The notes: a model not told the origin generated them from the letters alone. A stretch of DNA of 64,000 bases from Takakia lepidozioides (GCA_030704615.1 CM060731.1:59024001-59088000); one strand, 5' to 3'; shown: positions 38,401-51,701, counted from the stretch's first letter. A program made the numbers and translations.

Positions 38401-38978
38401 GTTGCGAACTTAAGGCCCAAGTGCATGTTTCTTGAAGTAAATTTTGAGCGCTAGATGACTAAAGTTGCCATTTCACAACCCGGAGCAGTATATAAGAACC
38501 AGTGTTTTCTGCCTAGGCGAAACCTTAAAATTTTAAAATAGAATATCATAAATTCCCAATTTTCCATGGATGAAATCGCCAAACTTCTACAAAGATAATA
38601 TAACAAAGGATGATATAAATAGATGAAAGTACATATGAAGATGATTCTATCTAAATTTCAATGGATGAACATAATATATAACTATTTCTTGTAAAACTTA
38701 ATAGCCATTCGTGCTATTTTTCAAATTTAAGAAAAAAATCACCGATGAGAACGCTTCGAAGATCAAAATCATCAAAATTCAGCTAGCTAATCTTGGGATT
38801 ATATTCTTCTAATAAACATAAATGACGTGCTCGAGCGTGTAACCAAAGCAGCTAGAATCAAATACATATTGCAAAACAATGGTCAGGACTTCATACCTAT
38901 CACCTGAAATGTGGGTAAGTTAGCCATGTTAAGGTTTATGATAAAGATCTACAAACCACACAGCTCATGGGCCAATGT

Positions 38979-39461
38979 TGTAAGATGGAGTATTCCACCT
39001 GTTGCAGATACTCTTCTGTTCGTTGGCTGGATGAAAAAGCAGGATGGTTGGTGAAGCTAATTAAATGTGCCTAATGTTAGCCTAGGCCCTTGTCTTATTC
39101 CAACAGTAACCTAATCTAACAGGGTGGCTGTTGATGTGTGGAAGAAACTTAAAACAATCCTGGCAGCCAATAAGAGACCACCATTTGTCATTTCAGATTA
39201 GCCTTTTCCTTAATATAAAAAGCGGCTGGCTTATGCCAAACGCAAGATGTTTTGGGTGATGATAAGAGTGTACCTGGATGAGCCTGTTGTTTTGGATGTG
39301 TTGCACTTGATGCCCCTGCATGTGATTTGATTGGCCCACCTGTGGGGCTCCTCTAGCAAGGGATCCTTCCCATTTAGCTTGGCGTGCTTTACTGGCTAAC
39401 TTCCCCGCTTCAGCGCCCAAACTCGTAGAGGATAAGGGAATATCCCCCGGATATAGAAATT
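38979..39461 (+). repeat. 5' LTR of C (ends ...GAAATT, not CA)
   Basis: Direct repeat of 51702-52192. Confidence 0.93.
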
Positions 39462-39472
39462 TGGTGGAGATG
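39462..39472 (+). promoter_or_regulatory. primer-binding site complementary to tRNA-Ala
   Basis: TGGTGGAGATG directly after the LTR; complements the ...CATCTCCA-CCA end of tRNA-Ala as recalled. Confidence 0.75.
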
Positions 39473-39662
39473 GAGGACATTGCGAGAATTGTATCTGACG
39501 GCTCGGGTGTTCTAGGAATGATAACCTAGGTTTGATCTGGCTATGGTGCAACGACGGCAATACGGGAGATCTAGGAAAATGCGGCTCAATCCACCCTGCG
39601 CAATCATATGCTTCACCCTGTGTATGTTGTTGCTGCTAGTGTTGTGTCTTCCTACCTTGTGA

Positions 39663-40513
39663 GTGAACACTGTGTGCGCGGCAGCCATGGCATCCAGCTC
39701 GAGCAATGCTGTTTCCTTTGAGGTTGAGGACGATTCGTTTGAAGCTGTTTTTCTGGGTGTTGTACTTGACCTGACGTTGCCTGAGGTGCTGAAGCCTTAC
39801 GAAGGAGAGCCACCTGTGAGAGGGGATGCAAAGACGTGCATTCTGAAGGCGGGAAGTGCGAACAGCGTCGCAAGATCGCTGAAGCCAAGCAGGGTGCTTT
39901 TGCTGGCAGATTGCTGCAGAGGCTGCATACGAGAGAGATAGCCAAGCGCTTACCTCGCGCAGTAACACGTGAACGACTTGGATAGGGCAAGCTACTTACT
40001 TGGCCGCAGATTGGCGTTCCCAAGTTTGTTGTTACCCGAGATCGTACCCACAATCTTGAGAACTTTTTGCACCCCAAGGTTCCCAGCGGCTACCGTTTTT
40101 GGGAGCTCGTTCGTGGAGGAAGTGCGGCGGCGCTGACAAATATTCGCCCTGCCTGGACTGCTGACCAGCCTGCTAACGATTTTTCGTGGGAACAATCCGT
40201 TACTAGTGTCCCGCAGCACTTGTTTTGTTTCTCTTCTCGGGACATTGTGATCTTCCCTGGTGAAAGTTTTAATCAAGAGACCATTGGGCTTTGCTACGTC
40301 CAGGTTCCTACTGAGAAATATCCTTTACACTCGTTGGTGATCAAGGAGAAGGTGGTGCGTACGGTGACCCGCATTACATTCTGGTTAAAGGTAGCCCCAA
40401 CACTCTGGCATTTGCAGAGACAGGCAGTCTATCTCAGTCACAACCACCGCTTCATTTCTTCCTACGCTGGCACGGATTGGGAGAAGAGCATGTTACATCC
40501 TAGTGATAGGTGA
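39663..40513 (+). pseudogene. extra ORF of unknown function upstream of gag in C
   Basis: Coding-like frames 39663-39941 and about 39990-40513; no retroelement motif recognised. Confidence 0.45.
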
Positions 40514-40609
40514 TTCTCCATGGACGATTTTTGTTGCTCTACTGAATGCTCACAAGAGCTAAATCTAAACTTTTAGAGAATCAAACCAGTAAGATGGGAG
40601 AGGTGAAGG

Positions 40610-42100
40610 ATGCTTGTGAACGAATTTTTGAAGCCAGTGAGCCTAGTACTGAGTTCACTGCGGGTGGGACACTTGTGCCATGCGATGCGTCTTATTTCTG
40701 ACTGTCCTGCTTTGTTGGAATTGCTCCTTGCTAAATGTGCTCAGAATGTAGTTGTGCCTGCAAGATCCCATGAGACCCGCATGACGAAGCAACCTTATCC
40801 GGAATACAAGGTGGGGCAAAACTTTGGATAATTTTCTCACTTTTTTTTAGATGAGTGTGAAGATGAATGCAGTCCCACCTACTTTTGTCACAAATGCATT
40901 TCGTTTTTGTCTCAAGGGAGAGGCCCTAGAACTCTTTGAGGCCACTATCAAAGATCTGGGGGATGTGCCCTGGCCTGAAGCTAAAGGTTTGGCTGAACAG
41001 TTATTTCACGAAGAAAAGTTGTTTGATTATTGTGTACCTGAGAGACGTACAAGGAAGGGGAAAGTATACATAAGTACTATACTGATATATGTCAAGGACG
41101 AGAACATGACAAAACACAAACAAGAGATCAGACTAGAGGTACAAGACTAGACAAGAAATCAAGGTCGGCGTGGTCGAATACATGGTAGGTGAACATGAAT
41201 CAAGATGATCTTTATAACAATGGACAATAGTACAAAATATTGGAACTCGACTCGGATACTGGAATGCTGGAAACTGGACTGGATACTGGAAGCTGGACTG
41301 GAGTACTGGAGTTGGAACAAGAGTAGCTTGAACTTGTGTTGGCGAGACTGAAGAGTGTCCAGTCTCGCCTCCTATATATACTGGCTATTAAGAAGCTTCC
41401 CCGAGAAGCTTCCACTATGGAGGTTTCTTGCTGGAGAAGTTTCCTCCAAAAGGAAGCTTCCTGAGTAGTTTCCCAAGTTATTCTTGGTAATTTGGTAAAC
41501 TCTCGGTAACTTGGTAAGTAATGATAAATCATGGTAGATCATGGTAAATCATGGTAAATCATAGTAAGTCATGATAACTTTTGATAATATGGTAACTTCT
41601 GGTATTTACTCCTGGTAAGTTCCTCTGGGCTATGTCCGTGACAATATACGTACAGCTGTGTATAAGATTGTTCTTGTTCTCTCGGAAATGCCATTGGCCA
41701 TTAAACTTGGGTTCATCCAAGAACTGCCTCCTGCAGAGCAAGTATATCTGCAACGAAATAAGTACTCCACCGAAAAAGAAATGGTTCGGTTAATTGAAGA
41801 ACGCTTGCGCACTAAAGCAGCTAAACGGGGAGTTGTACCCAAAATTCAACCTACTCACATGATGAGTGATGTATCAGAACTGGTGATGAGCACTAACAAG
41901 GGAGGAAACGGTTCGACTTGAATTACAGGCCTTTAAGACTGATGCTCGCTGGCAAGCCCCATCAAATTTCAACCAGAGTGGTGGCAACAGGGGACGTACT
42001 AATACTGGTGTTGGTTATCAAAGTACTGCAGCATGTTATATTTGCAAAGGCAAGGATCATGTCACCAGATTTTGCCCTTACCAGGCTGATCTGTCAAGTA
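40610..42100 (+). pseudogene. gag: gag of C, interrupted at 41031-41643
   Basis: NAFRFCLKGEALELF, FIQELPP, knuckle CYICKGKDHVTRFC near 42030-42076. Confidence 0.7.
41031..41643. mobile_element. solo-LTR-like insertion in gag of C
   Basis: TG...CA ends (TGTGTACC...CCGTGACA), internal TATATATA, short CTGGA and ATCATGGTA repeats; TSD imperfect. Confidence 0.6.
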
Positions 42101-42245
42101 TGATTGAAAACTTTGAAAGGGAAAAAGAAAAAAAGGGTAAGGCTCGTTTAAACGAATAGGGTCACGTGCGAATGAAGGGACAAGTAATCGTGGAGTTAAA
42201 CCTTCAAAACCCCTAACTACTGTTCTTGTTTCTGACACTTTCAAG

Positions 42246-42660
42246 TTGCTACATACTGAAGTGCTTAAACCCAGGAAGAAGCTGCGTATACACCCACTAC
42301 TTACTCAATGTCATGTAGGCCATTTGTCTTTTTCCTGCATAGTTGACACTGGGTGCACGGTTTTTGCTGTTCCATTACATGTAATCCAGGTGTTGGGTTT
42401 GAAACTGGTACCTGCCAAAGGGCTAGAAGTTACTATAGCTGATGGCACCAAGTATGAACCTTTAGGGCTTGTAACCTTGCCCATTGGAATAGCTGGACAG
42501 GTGGTCACAGTGACTGGTATTGTCACTATGGGAGAGCAATTTTCTGATTGGCTTGGATTGGATGAGGGAAGCCAGGGCAGAAATCAACTTACACACTAAT
42601 GTCATGACCTTGAGTGGCAATGGTACCAGACATACTATCAATCTGAACTCTGTCCCTATC
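42246..42660 (+). pseudogene. aspartic protease of C
   Basis: CIVDTGCT; after a frameshift, FLIGLDWM. Confidence 0.82.
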
Positions 42661-42860
42661 ATGGCTGGGAGTTCTACTCGACATCTCATTCAGATGAAGG
42701 CTGTTGCTCAAGAGGTTCGCCAAAGAGCTGGTAATTCATACAACTGGACCAGATTCTTTAATTTTAATAGTGACACAACCACTACCCTCCTCCAATGGCA
42801 TTTGCCTGAACCAGGTAAGAAGACTGGAGCCCCTCTTCCTGTTTCCAGCAATTCAGTACT

Positions 42861-43140
42861 TTGAGGGCTCCTCATGATATTGATTTGCCTGCAATGTCCC
42901 AAATCTTGGCTCCCACTGGCCTGGCTTTTATTTATCTTAAGGACATGTATATGGAAATCGAAGGCTGGAAGAAGTTGTCCTTGCATAAACACTGTTTGGT
43001 GGCTTCTGGGGTTTTGGACAGAGGGTACAGAGGAGAAATCAAATTACTCCTTGCTAATCCTGAGCGTATGATGGTCAAAATCAAGAAAGGTCAGGTTATG
43101 GCTCGACTCACTGCCTTGCCCTTGACTACGATTCAATCTA
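42861..43140 (+). pseudogene. dUTPase-like domain between protease and RT
   Basis: LRAPHDIDLP...ILAPTGL...VASGVLDRGYRGEIKLLLAN...IKKGQVMARL matches trimeric dUTPase motifs 3 and 4. Confidence 0.82.
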
Positions 43141-43319
43141 TAGAGGCTGATCTCAATTTTCATGACATTGGTCTTATAGATAGCCCTTTGGACAGACTTG
43201 TTGCCATGACCAATATTGTTGCAATCAGTGATGACACTATTCTCACCTTAGAGCAAGAGGAGCACTTTGCCCAAGTGCTGGCAGAAATCCATGTGGGTGA
43301 TATAACCAAGGTTCAACTA

Positions 43320-44642
43320 GCTAAATTGCATGCTTTGATCCGTAGGAACTTGTCTGTATTCAGTCGAGGGTCTCATGATCTTGGTAGAACCAATGTTTTG
43401 AAACACGAGATTATCACTAATGGGCATCTTGTCAAGCAATATGCCTATCTTGAATCTGTCCATGAGAGGGCAGTAGTTCAAGATGAAATTAAGAAAATGT
43501 TGAATGCTGGTGTCATCCGCCCCTCTGTGGCACCTTGGGCCAGCCCGATTGTATTGGTAGCCAAAAAGGATGGTTCCACCAGGTTTTGTGTCGACTTCAG
43601 ACGGCCCATGACTAAGAAAGATGTGTACCATTTGCCAAGAATTAATGAGACCCTAGATCAGCTTAGTGGTGCCACCATTTTTTCTTCCCTTTGACCTAGC
43701 TTCTAGCTTTTGGCAAGTCCCTCTCACATAAGCATCTAAAGAAAAAACTGCTTTTACATGCAGATATGACATGTATCAATACGAGACCATGCCATTCGGA
43801 CTCTTCAATGCCACGACAACTTTCCAAAGAAATCTGAGTCCGAATCTGAGATGGGAATGTGCATTGGTATACATTGACGACATTAATATTTATTCTGCTA
43901 CTTTCGATTCTCACCTCATTGACCTGCAGCGTGTGTTATGTCGTCTCAGAGCTGCAGGTCTCAAGGTTAAAGCCAAAAAATGCGATTTTTGCATGGCAGA
44001 GCTCAAATTTCTTGGCCACATCCTTTGTGGGGAAGGCATCAAACCTGATGTTAGCAAAATCCAGGCAGTATGAGACTTCCCAGTTCCACGTGACAAGCAT
44101 TGTGTCCGTGCATTCCTTGGCCTTGCCTCCTATTATAGACGTTTTATCCTCCATTTTGCTAACATGGCTGGTCCCTTGTTCAGGCTTCTATGCAAGGATG
44201 TTCGCTTTCACTGGGGCATACCTGAAACCAACTTTGAACAGCTGAAGATAGCCCTCGCAACTACTCCAGTGTTGGTTTTTCCATACTTCTCTCTCCCTTT
44301 TCTTTTGCAAACAGATGCCAGTGACATGGTTGTTTCTGCAGTTCTCAGCCAAGTGCGAGATGGTAGAGAACATGTTGTTGCTTACGCATCTAGGCGGCTT
44401 GAAAAGAATTATAGTATTACTGACAAGGAGGGGTTGGCCGTCATTTTTGGTGTAAAACACTTCAGGCAGTACCTGCATGGTTGTTATTTCACCGTGGAGA
44501 CAGATCATCTACCTCTCAAAGCCCTTAAAACTCCTCGAGAATTGTCCGACAGACTGGCTAGATGGTCTTTACTTCTTCAGGGCTTTGAATTTGACATTGT
44601 TTACAAGAAAATGAAGGAAAACAGCAACGTTGATGCGCTTAC
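43320..44642 (+). pseudogene. RT and RNase H of C
   Basis: PWASPIVLVAKKDGSTRFCVDFR, MPFGL, VYIDDI, LQTDAS, VVAYASR, KEGLAVIF, ETDH, NVDALT. Confidence 0.93.
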
Positions 44643-47600
44643 TCGGGGAGAAACCAAACACTAGAAGCATTCGTGTCTTTTCCGAATTGACTGCATGTCC
44701 AAAACCACTGAGGGAACAACTTTGAGATGTTTGTTACTACTGCACAGTCGTAACGGATAAATTCACATTTCTAATGGCGGATAGAAGTTGCATCAATGAC
44801 TCCGCAGTCGGCACAATATTCGCGGCGATTTAATTCAATTACGTAAATTGTTTTTTTTTTAAAAACAGCAATTACAAGTGGTTTTAAGCACTAGAGAACG
44901 ACTCTTAACAACTAGGCGTTCATTGCACACCCTATTCAAAAATGGAATTTTTATAAGTGCTCCACATGGCTCATGACGTGGAACATTTTAATGTATTTTA
45001 GGGCTTGTGTGGCTCGTAGAGATTGTTCTAATCGTCGGATGTAAAATGATCTAAGGGTGGAAGAGTAACTTTGTCCTTTGCCTGAATTTGTCTAAGTGTT
45101 GGGAGAGGGATGGAGGCTTGAGAGAGAGACGAACAAGTGATGCGAGAAGGACGAAGACCAAATCGAGGCCCAGGTCCTGTTGTTGCAAGCGTTTATGGCG
45201 TCAAGGGCGCATTATGTGCAAATGTGGGCTCTTGGCTCCCCTTTGTACCATGATTTGGTATTCTTCCTATGATCACAAGGTTCTTGGGGTAATCAGCTTG
45301 GTCTTAGCAACCCATATTTTAATCTCTGCCCGCTCAGCTGCACCGTGGTGGTTCTTACGAACCAATCCCACATTACCTGACTAGAGATACAAGCAACATG
45401 CACAAGAGGTCTTCTTGGGTTCATGGTCAGTCTAATCCGCAATGGGTCATGACACAAGGTAGAGGACAATGTGGTGAGGGCACCTTCTTCTTCGAGCTAT
45501 TTCAGCCTGTTTTGCCGAGATGTAGTGTCGTGGAGTGCGATGCTTGCAGGGTATGCACAACAGGGACGTGGGATGGAGGCTTTGGAGACCTATGAAGTTG
45601 CGAAGGGAGAGTTTGATAACATGGCTGAACAAGATGTTGTCTCAAGGAACATGCCGAATCTCGCAAGATATGGCTAGCATGTGTGCGGGATGAGGGCATT
45701 GGAGACATATGAGCAAATGTTGAGAAGAGGTGCAGCCTGACCGGGTCACGTTCATTTGTGTTTGCAATGCATGTGCAAACCTGGCAGCCCTGGAGACTTG
45801 GTAAAGGGCAAAGAGGTCCATCGTGACATTGTCAAAGCTAGAACTTCACCAGATGTAACAATACCTCGTCGACATGTATGCCAAACGTGGGAGCATTCCC
45901 TTGTGGACAAGGACTGTTAAACAATATGGCTGAGCGAAATGTGGTGTGGTGGAACGTGATGATTGTAGGACATGCACAACATGGGCGGGGATTGCGGGTT
46001 TTGGAGACCTATGAGCAAATGATGTGGGTCTAGGGGGTGAAGCCCGAGCACATTACCTTTGTTTGTGTTTGTAGTGCATGTGCGAGCCTGTTGGAGAAGG
46101 GCAAAGAGGTCCATGGTTGCATCGTCAAAGCTGGAATTGTGGTAGATGTCATTCTGAACATGAATACCCTTCTAGATAGGGAGTGTTCAACAATATGGCT
46201 GAGCGAAATGTGGTGTCGTGGAAAGTGATTATCGCAGGACATGCACAACAGGGGCGGGGATTGCAAGTTTTGGAGACCTATGAGCAGTTGATGTGGGAGG
46301 GGGTGAAGTCCGACCACATTACGTTCAGAGAGTTCAAATGCCTCTCCACCATGACCTTGTTTAGCTAACCATGTCTTGCTGATGTTGTTGTCTTGCACTT
46401 GAGCTGTTTTTGGACACTGGCTGGAACATCCACAAGGCAGCTCTGCTCGAGAGAGAAATCAGCTTGAATGCAGGGGCAGATTTTGAGATCACAATTGCCA
46501 CTCAAAACGTTGTTCTTTGCACCGGCATGGCATGTCAGCATGCATATTAGCCCAAACACATTACTCCGTGAGCCTTCCACTGCCGGAGTGTGCCCATTCA
46601 AGCCAGATCTTCGAAACGCAGGGATGGAACGGGGTTTTGAAACCAGCATTGCCTAATTGGATACCCAATTCAGCTCCGCATCTTGGTCCATTAATCTGCT
46701 GCACATTGTGAAGTTTTCTGCCCGTTCACCGCAAGTTGAAGAAGGAGTATTCTTAAAACATGGGTACTCATAATCTGAAAATGGCTCCAGCTTATGTTGC
46801 TTGAGTGCGAATATGAGTGTGGTTGGCTTGGCAGCTTTACATCTGGTCGATCCCACTCGATATGATGAACAGGTTCAGCTTTACTTCTCTCACACAAAAG
46901 ACGCTGCCAAGATGGGGTTTGCTGCCCTACCGTCATTGTTCTGGGGTGCAACATACAATTAATCTGGCCCATGGCGAGGGGCCTTGCCTTCCACCAATCA
47001 TCTGTAAGTCCTGTGAAACTGTTTTTGTGGCAGTTTGTAAGCAGTGGGCAACGATGGTGGGCTGTTGTGGGATTTGATGAACTCAATGCTGTGTACTGAC
47101 AGCAACCCCTCATCTCTTATGCAAGCATTCAACAAGCCAAGTTGACTGCAGAGCATATTCAGCCCCCCACGTTTCTAGTTGCCTAATGTTCTTCATCTCC
47201 TGGGCAGAGCATTTTCCAGGGTCTCCATCTGTGATGACACACTATCTTCTCATGTAGTTCAGCTTCTGGTCTTGCTCTTGTTTGCACCACCCCAATGAAG
47301 GGCACTTCGCACCTGCTTGATTCTCTCTATATGGTTGTCTTGGGTCTTGGCAGGGTTTCCCACAACCGCCTTTCCTTTTCAGACTGCCAGTCATCAGCCT
47401 CTTTCTCCAATGCTTCACTTTCTTCCCAAGTGAAGTGCTCTCCTCTTTTATGCTTCAACGTCCCTGCAGGTGTCTTTTCCTTCATCTCCCGTGGTGCTTT
47501 CGAATGAATGAGCACTGATTTACATCTGTTGGCAACACTTACGGTGTCCCTTTCCTTGCATGCCACTGCAGGCCCGCATTGACTTTCTTGGCAGGGAAGT

Positions 47601-49390
47601 CTCCTCCTTCTCCCTCATTTTCTGGCTCTGTTGGTGCCCCACTCACCATGCTATCAGGGCTGCACTTATTTTGTGGTGTTGCGCCAGCCAAGGGCGATCT
47701 TTCACTGGTCCGATTGTTGGCAACAGCTGATTGGAGTCTTCTTGGCAGACTCTCCCACGAGCTCCCATCAATTTCAGGCATCAGGTTTTCTACCCTGCCC
47801 TTCCACTTTTCATAAGCGAGGTGCCTGTCTTCCTCCCTTTCACTCTTCAGCCTCTCAGGCAGATTTTTCTTCATGCGATTGCTGCTCCCATACTTCCAGT
47901 CCTTGTTTAATTCTCTCCAGCCATCACCCTCAGATTTGACAAGGTGCTTCCTAGAACAAGTCTAGGCTGTCATCGTCAACTGCTAGCAACAAGGCAAGGT
48001 TGTATGCATGATTCGTGCGAGGCATGGATAGTTGAAGGAGCAAGGATAGAGTGTGGGTGCAGATTCACCCAAGAGGGCCAGACTTCAAGCTCCAGATTAA
48101 CTATGAAGCTACAAAAAGCCTGCATGGGTAGATGGTCAACTGGCAGCAACGGCACAATTGATAAAATCAGACATTGTTAATGAAGGCATCTTCTTCAGCA
48201 CATTTCACCCTGTTTTTCCCTCTTATTAGAATCGGTCCAAAATTTCCATGTTGAATTATGCAAGTTAACTGGTTGAGTGAATCTAGTTTGGAGTGACTTT
48301 GACATGATACTGCTATGTGACAACAGGAAAGTATCAAAAAACAAGTAACAGACATGAGGAGAAGCTGTGGAATGAATACTTTTCTGCCCCCAGTCAATGA
48401 TGGGACAACCGAGGCAAAAAGGTGAATGCCTGCTACATTTCAGAGAGTAGCAGACGCAATTGAGCATAGGAACTAGTGTGATAAGCTAAGTTGGGTGTTT
48501 TCTAGAACAAATGTAGGTTGTCATTGTCAGCTACTAGCAGCAAGGCAAGGATGAATGCATGATTTGTGCAGGGGCATGGATAGCTGAAGGAGCAGGGATA
48601 GAGTGTGGTCCAGATTCATCCTAGAGTGCCAAATTTCAAGCAAAAGATTTACCTATGATTCCCTGTGGATCAATAACTACAAGAAACCTCCATGGGTAGA
48701 TGGTCTATTCCGTGGAACTCACTGAAGTCTTGCATTATGAGGATAAGAACTGCTTGACTTACACGAGGCCTTGACCCTTAGGCAATCCCCAGAGCAGCAA
48801 TAGCTTTTGGGCTACTTTTTTACTTTGTGTTTTTCATTTTGTCCCATAAGCTCTTTGAGCTTTCCGCAGATGTAATAAAGTACCATTTTGTTTCATTTCA
48901 TTCATTTTCATTTCATTTTGTTTCATGGCATGTCTTTCATTGTTTGTGCATTTCTAATGCATGATTAGTTCTCTTGTATGGCATTACTAGTCGACTCACT
49001 ACAAACACCAAAACTCCAAAGCATGAATCACTATGAATGATTGTTCCAGTAATTTCGAGCACTTCATGTAAAGTAGTAAAGCAGTGGTTGCGCCAACTTC
49101 CGCAGTTGCAATTGCCACTGGGCATGTAGCACTGCAAGTTATGTGGTCTACTACCACGTGGCGCCCCGGGCCCGTGGCCACGTGGCAGCAGTGGTGCTCG
49201 TCGTGGCGCCGCCACGTCGGCATCCACATCGTCGTCCACGTCCGCGTCCATGTGTCACCGCGCTTCAGTGAGTCGGTCCACTCATCCGGAGGGAAAAAGT
49301 CAAAGTCAGCCCAAAAGGTCAGACACACGGGCGGCCCGCCTGGTTACGCCACGTGGTTCTTCAGCATTAATCGCATTAATCGCTGAGTAG
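44643..49390 (+). mobile_element. about 4.75-kb insertion carrying host gene fragments (possibly Helitron-like)
   Basis: Separates RH from IN; candidate 5' TC and 3' hairpin (49361-49386) plus GTAG; no clear TSD. Boundaries tentative. Confidence 0.35.
45515..46330 (+). pseudogene. PLS-class PPR gene fragments
   Basis: RDVVSWSAMLAGYAQQGRGMEALETY, GVKPEHITFVCVCSACASL.EKGKEVHGCIVKAG, FNNMAERNVVSWKVIIAGHAQQG; frameshifted. Confidence 0.85.
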
Positions 49391-50189
49391 TTGTTCGCGC
49401 GTCTGCGTCCTTTACCACTCCAATCATTGGATGTCCAACCCAACTACCATGTCTGTTGTAACTAGTCTGTTGTAACTTCCAGTCGATCCCAGTTTTTTGA
49501 CTTTTACGACTCAAAATGAGTCGTTACCCCAGTGGTAAATGACACGAATGCTTCTAGTGAAAACACATGTTCCTTATACAACCCTAGATGACTTGGCTCG
49601 CATGCAGAATCCTGATCGTTTGCTGCCTGATTCACATCCATGTGTATCCTTTTTTAGTTTGATGGATGAGTTACCCTATGTCATTACACCTGCTAGGCAT
49701 TTCATCACTTTTGATGTTCATTGAGATGGTCACTTTGGTACTTGCGTGTCTGGACTGGTCCTCTTTGCTTGATCAATGTTGCCTGGTTACTCCAGCAGTC
49801 TCTTCTTCTTCTTCATGGCCATGTATTTTTTATGGTTACTTCCCTTAGGACTTGTACTTCATGCCCAGTCTACTATCATAAGTAAGCCTGATTTAGATGC
49901 GATGCAAGGTTATATTATTTGAAGACCACAGGGGCGGACACTTCTGATTACCTGCTATTAACCCACTGTTTCTTTGGCTCTGTGCATGATAGGCATGGAT
50001 GACTCCCTGTTCGCAGCCCTTCTCCACAAGTGCAATGCCGGCACACAACTCCCAGGTATTTCCAAGACACTTCAAAGGCAAGTTAACTATCACCTTCCCT
50101 GTCATGTGGAATGTGAAGGTAAATTGTTGAAGAACATTGTCTTGGATGGCCTTATCAAAACCGTGGAGGTTCCTAATAGGAGCTCAATT

Positions 50190-51250
50190 TCAGAGTTGCT
50201 TGAATTATATCATGCCTCACCCTTTGCTGGTCACCTTGGTGTGACCAAAACTTTCAAACGTTTGCAATAACTGTATACCTGGAAGGGTATGCATCAGGAT
50301 GTTGCCTCATTTGTTTCTAAGTGTGTTGAATGTCATGCCCAGACATTGCTTCCTCGAGCTCGCGCTTCATTACCCATGCAACCTATACCTGTCACTGGCC
50401 TCTTTGACAGGGTGGGCTTAGATCTTGTGGGACCTCTTAAACTCACCGAGAAGGGTCACTCCTACATAGCCGTGGCCACTGACTATTTCTCTAAATGGGT
50501 TGAGTTCCAACGTTTGGTCGCGAAGGATGAAGATTAAGTTGCATAGTTTTTCTTTGATGAAATCATTCTAAGGCATGCATGTCATCTTGAAATACTTACC
50601 GATCAGAGTACCGAGTTCTGCAATCAGCTGATGTAGATGATATGCTTCAATCTTGGGGTAAAACACCGCACCACGGCGCCTTATCATCCCTAGTGCAACG
50701 GTCTGACTGAGCGATTCAATAAGACCATGTGTTCCATGTTGGAGAAGAATGGTTCTCTGTTGGGTGATTGGGATGTGGCTCTTCCAGTTTTGATTTTCGC
50801 TTATAGGACATATGTTCATGCAAGTACCGGGTATACACCCTTTGAGCTAGTATATGGCAGACTTGCTTGCAGCCTTTTACATGACACTCCGCTGATTCCA
50901 GTCACTAATACTGACCCCATTGATTGGGATTCATTCTTGGTTGAGATGACTGCTAAAAGGCAAAAGCTCCAATCTTCTGCCAAAACTAACATAACCAAGG
51001 CCCAGGGAATTCAGGCTCGCAATTATAACCGGAGTGTGTGTTATTCTGAAGAATTTCTGCAGGGTCAATCTGTGTGTGTGCGGCTCCAACAAGGGAAGAT
51101 CATTTCCAAGGCTTCCAAGCGTATCGAGGGCCCCTATCTGATTGTGGGAATCTTGCGCGGTAGACAGTTTAAGCTGCTCCCTCAACATCCCTTTGTCCCT
51201 CCTCTTTCCCACACTGTCCATCTTGATTCTCTTGTGCATTGCAAATTAGT
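50190..51250 (+). pseudogene. integrase of C
   Basis: YHASPFAGHLG, CVECH, VGLDLVGP, TDYFSKWVE, TDQSTEF, NGLTERFNKT, IEGPY. Confidence 0.92.
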
Positions 51251-51701
51251 TTTTGATCTCACTTGTATTAATGTCGAGGGCCGTCGTGTTATTCTAAGTC
51301 TAGCCGTGCTGCATGAGTGCAGATCATAAGTTCCTGCTTTTTGCTTTTAAACTTGGCTATGTGCAGTGGTGGAGCTGCATCAGTTTTGTGTGGCTTGGCT
51401 TGACTTCACCAGCTAGCTTTAGTGTTTTTGCATAGACATCTGATTGTGAGAGACGATGAGAGCTAAGGAATTGTTCTTATGAGCTTGCATCAATTATATG
51501 GTTTGGGGATTTTCCTGTTGGGGGTTTTGTCCTTCACCCACTTTGTAGGATAAGGTTTTCCCCAAAGGTTTTTTCTCCCCTCTCCTATTGGATGCCTAGT
51601 CCTTCTTTTGAATTTGAAATTTGGCTTGGTGGGCCTTGCATTGGTAAAATTTCCGAAGCTCGCTGGAGCTCACTCCTCCTGGTGTGGGCGGGTCTTACAT
51701 A

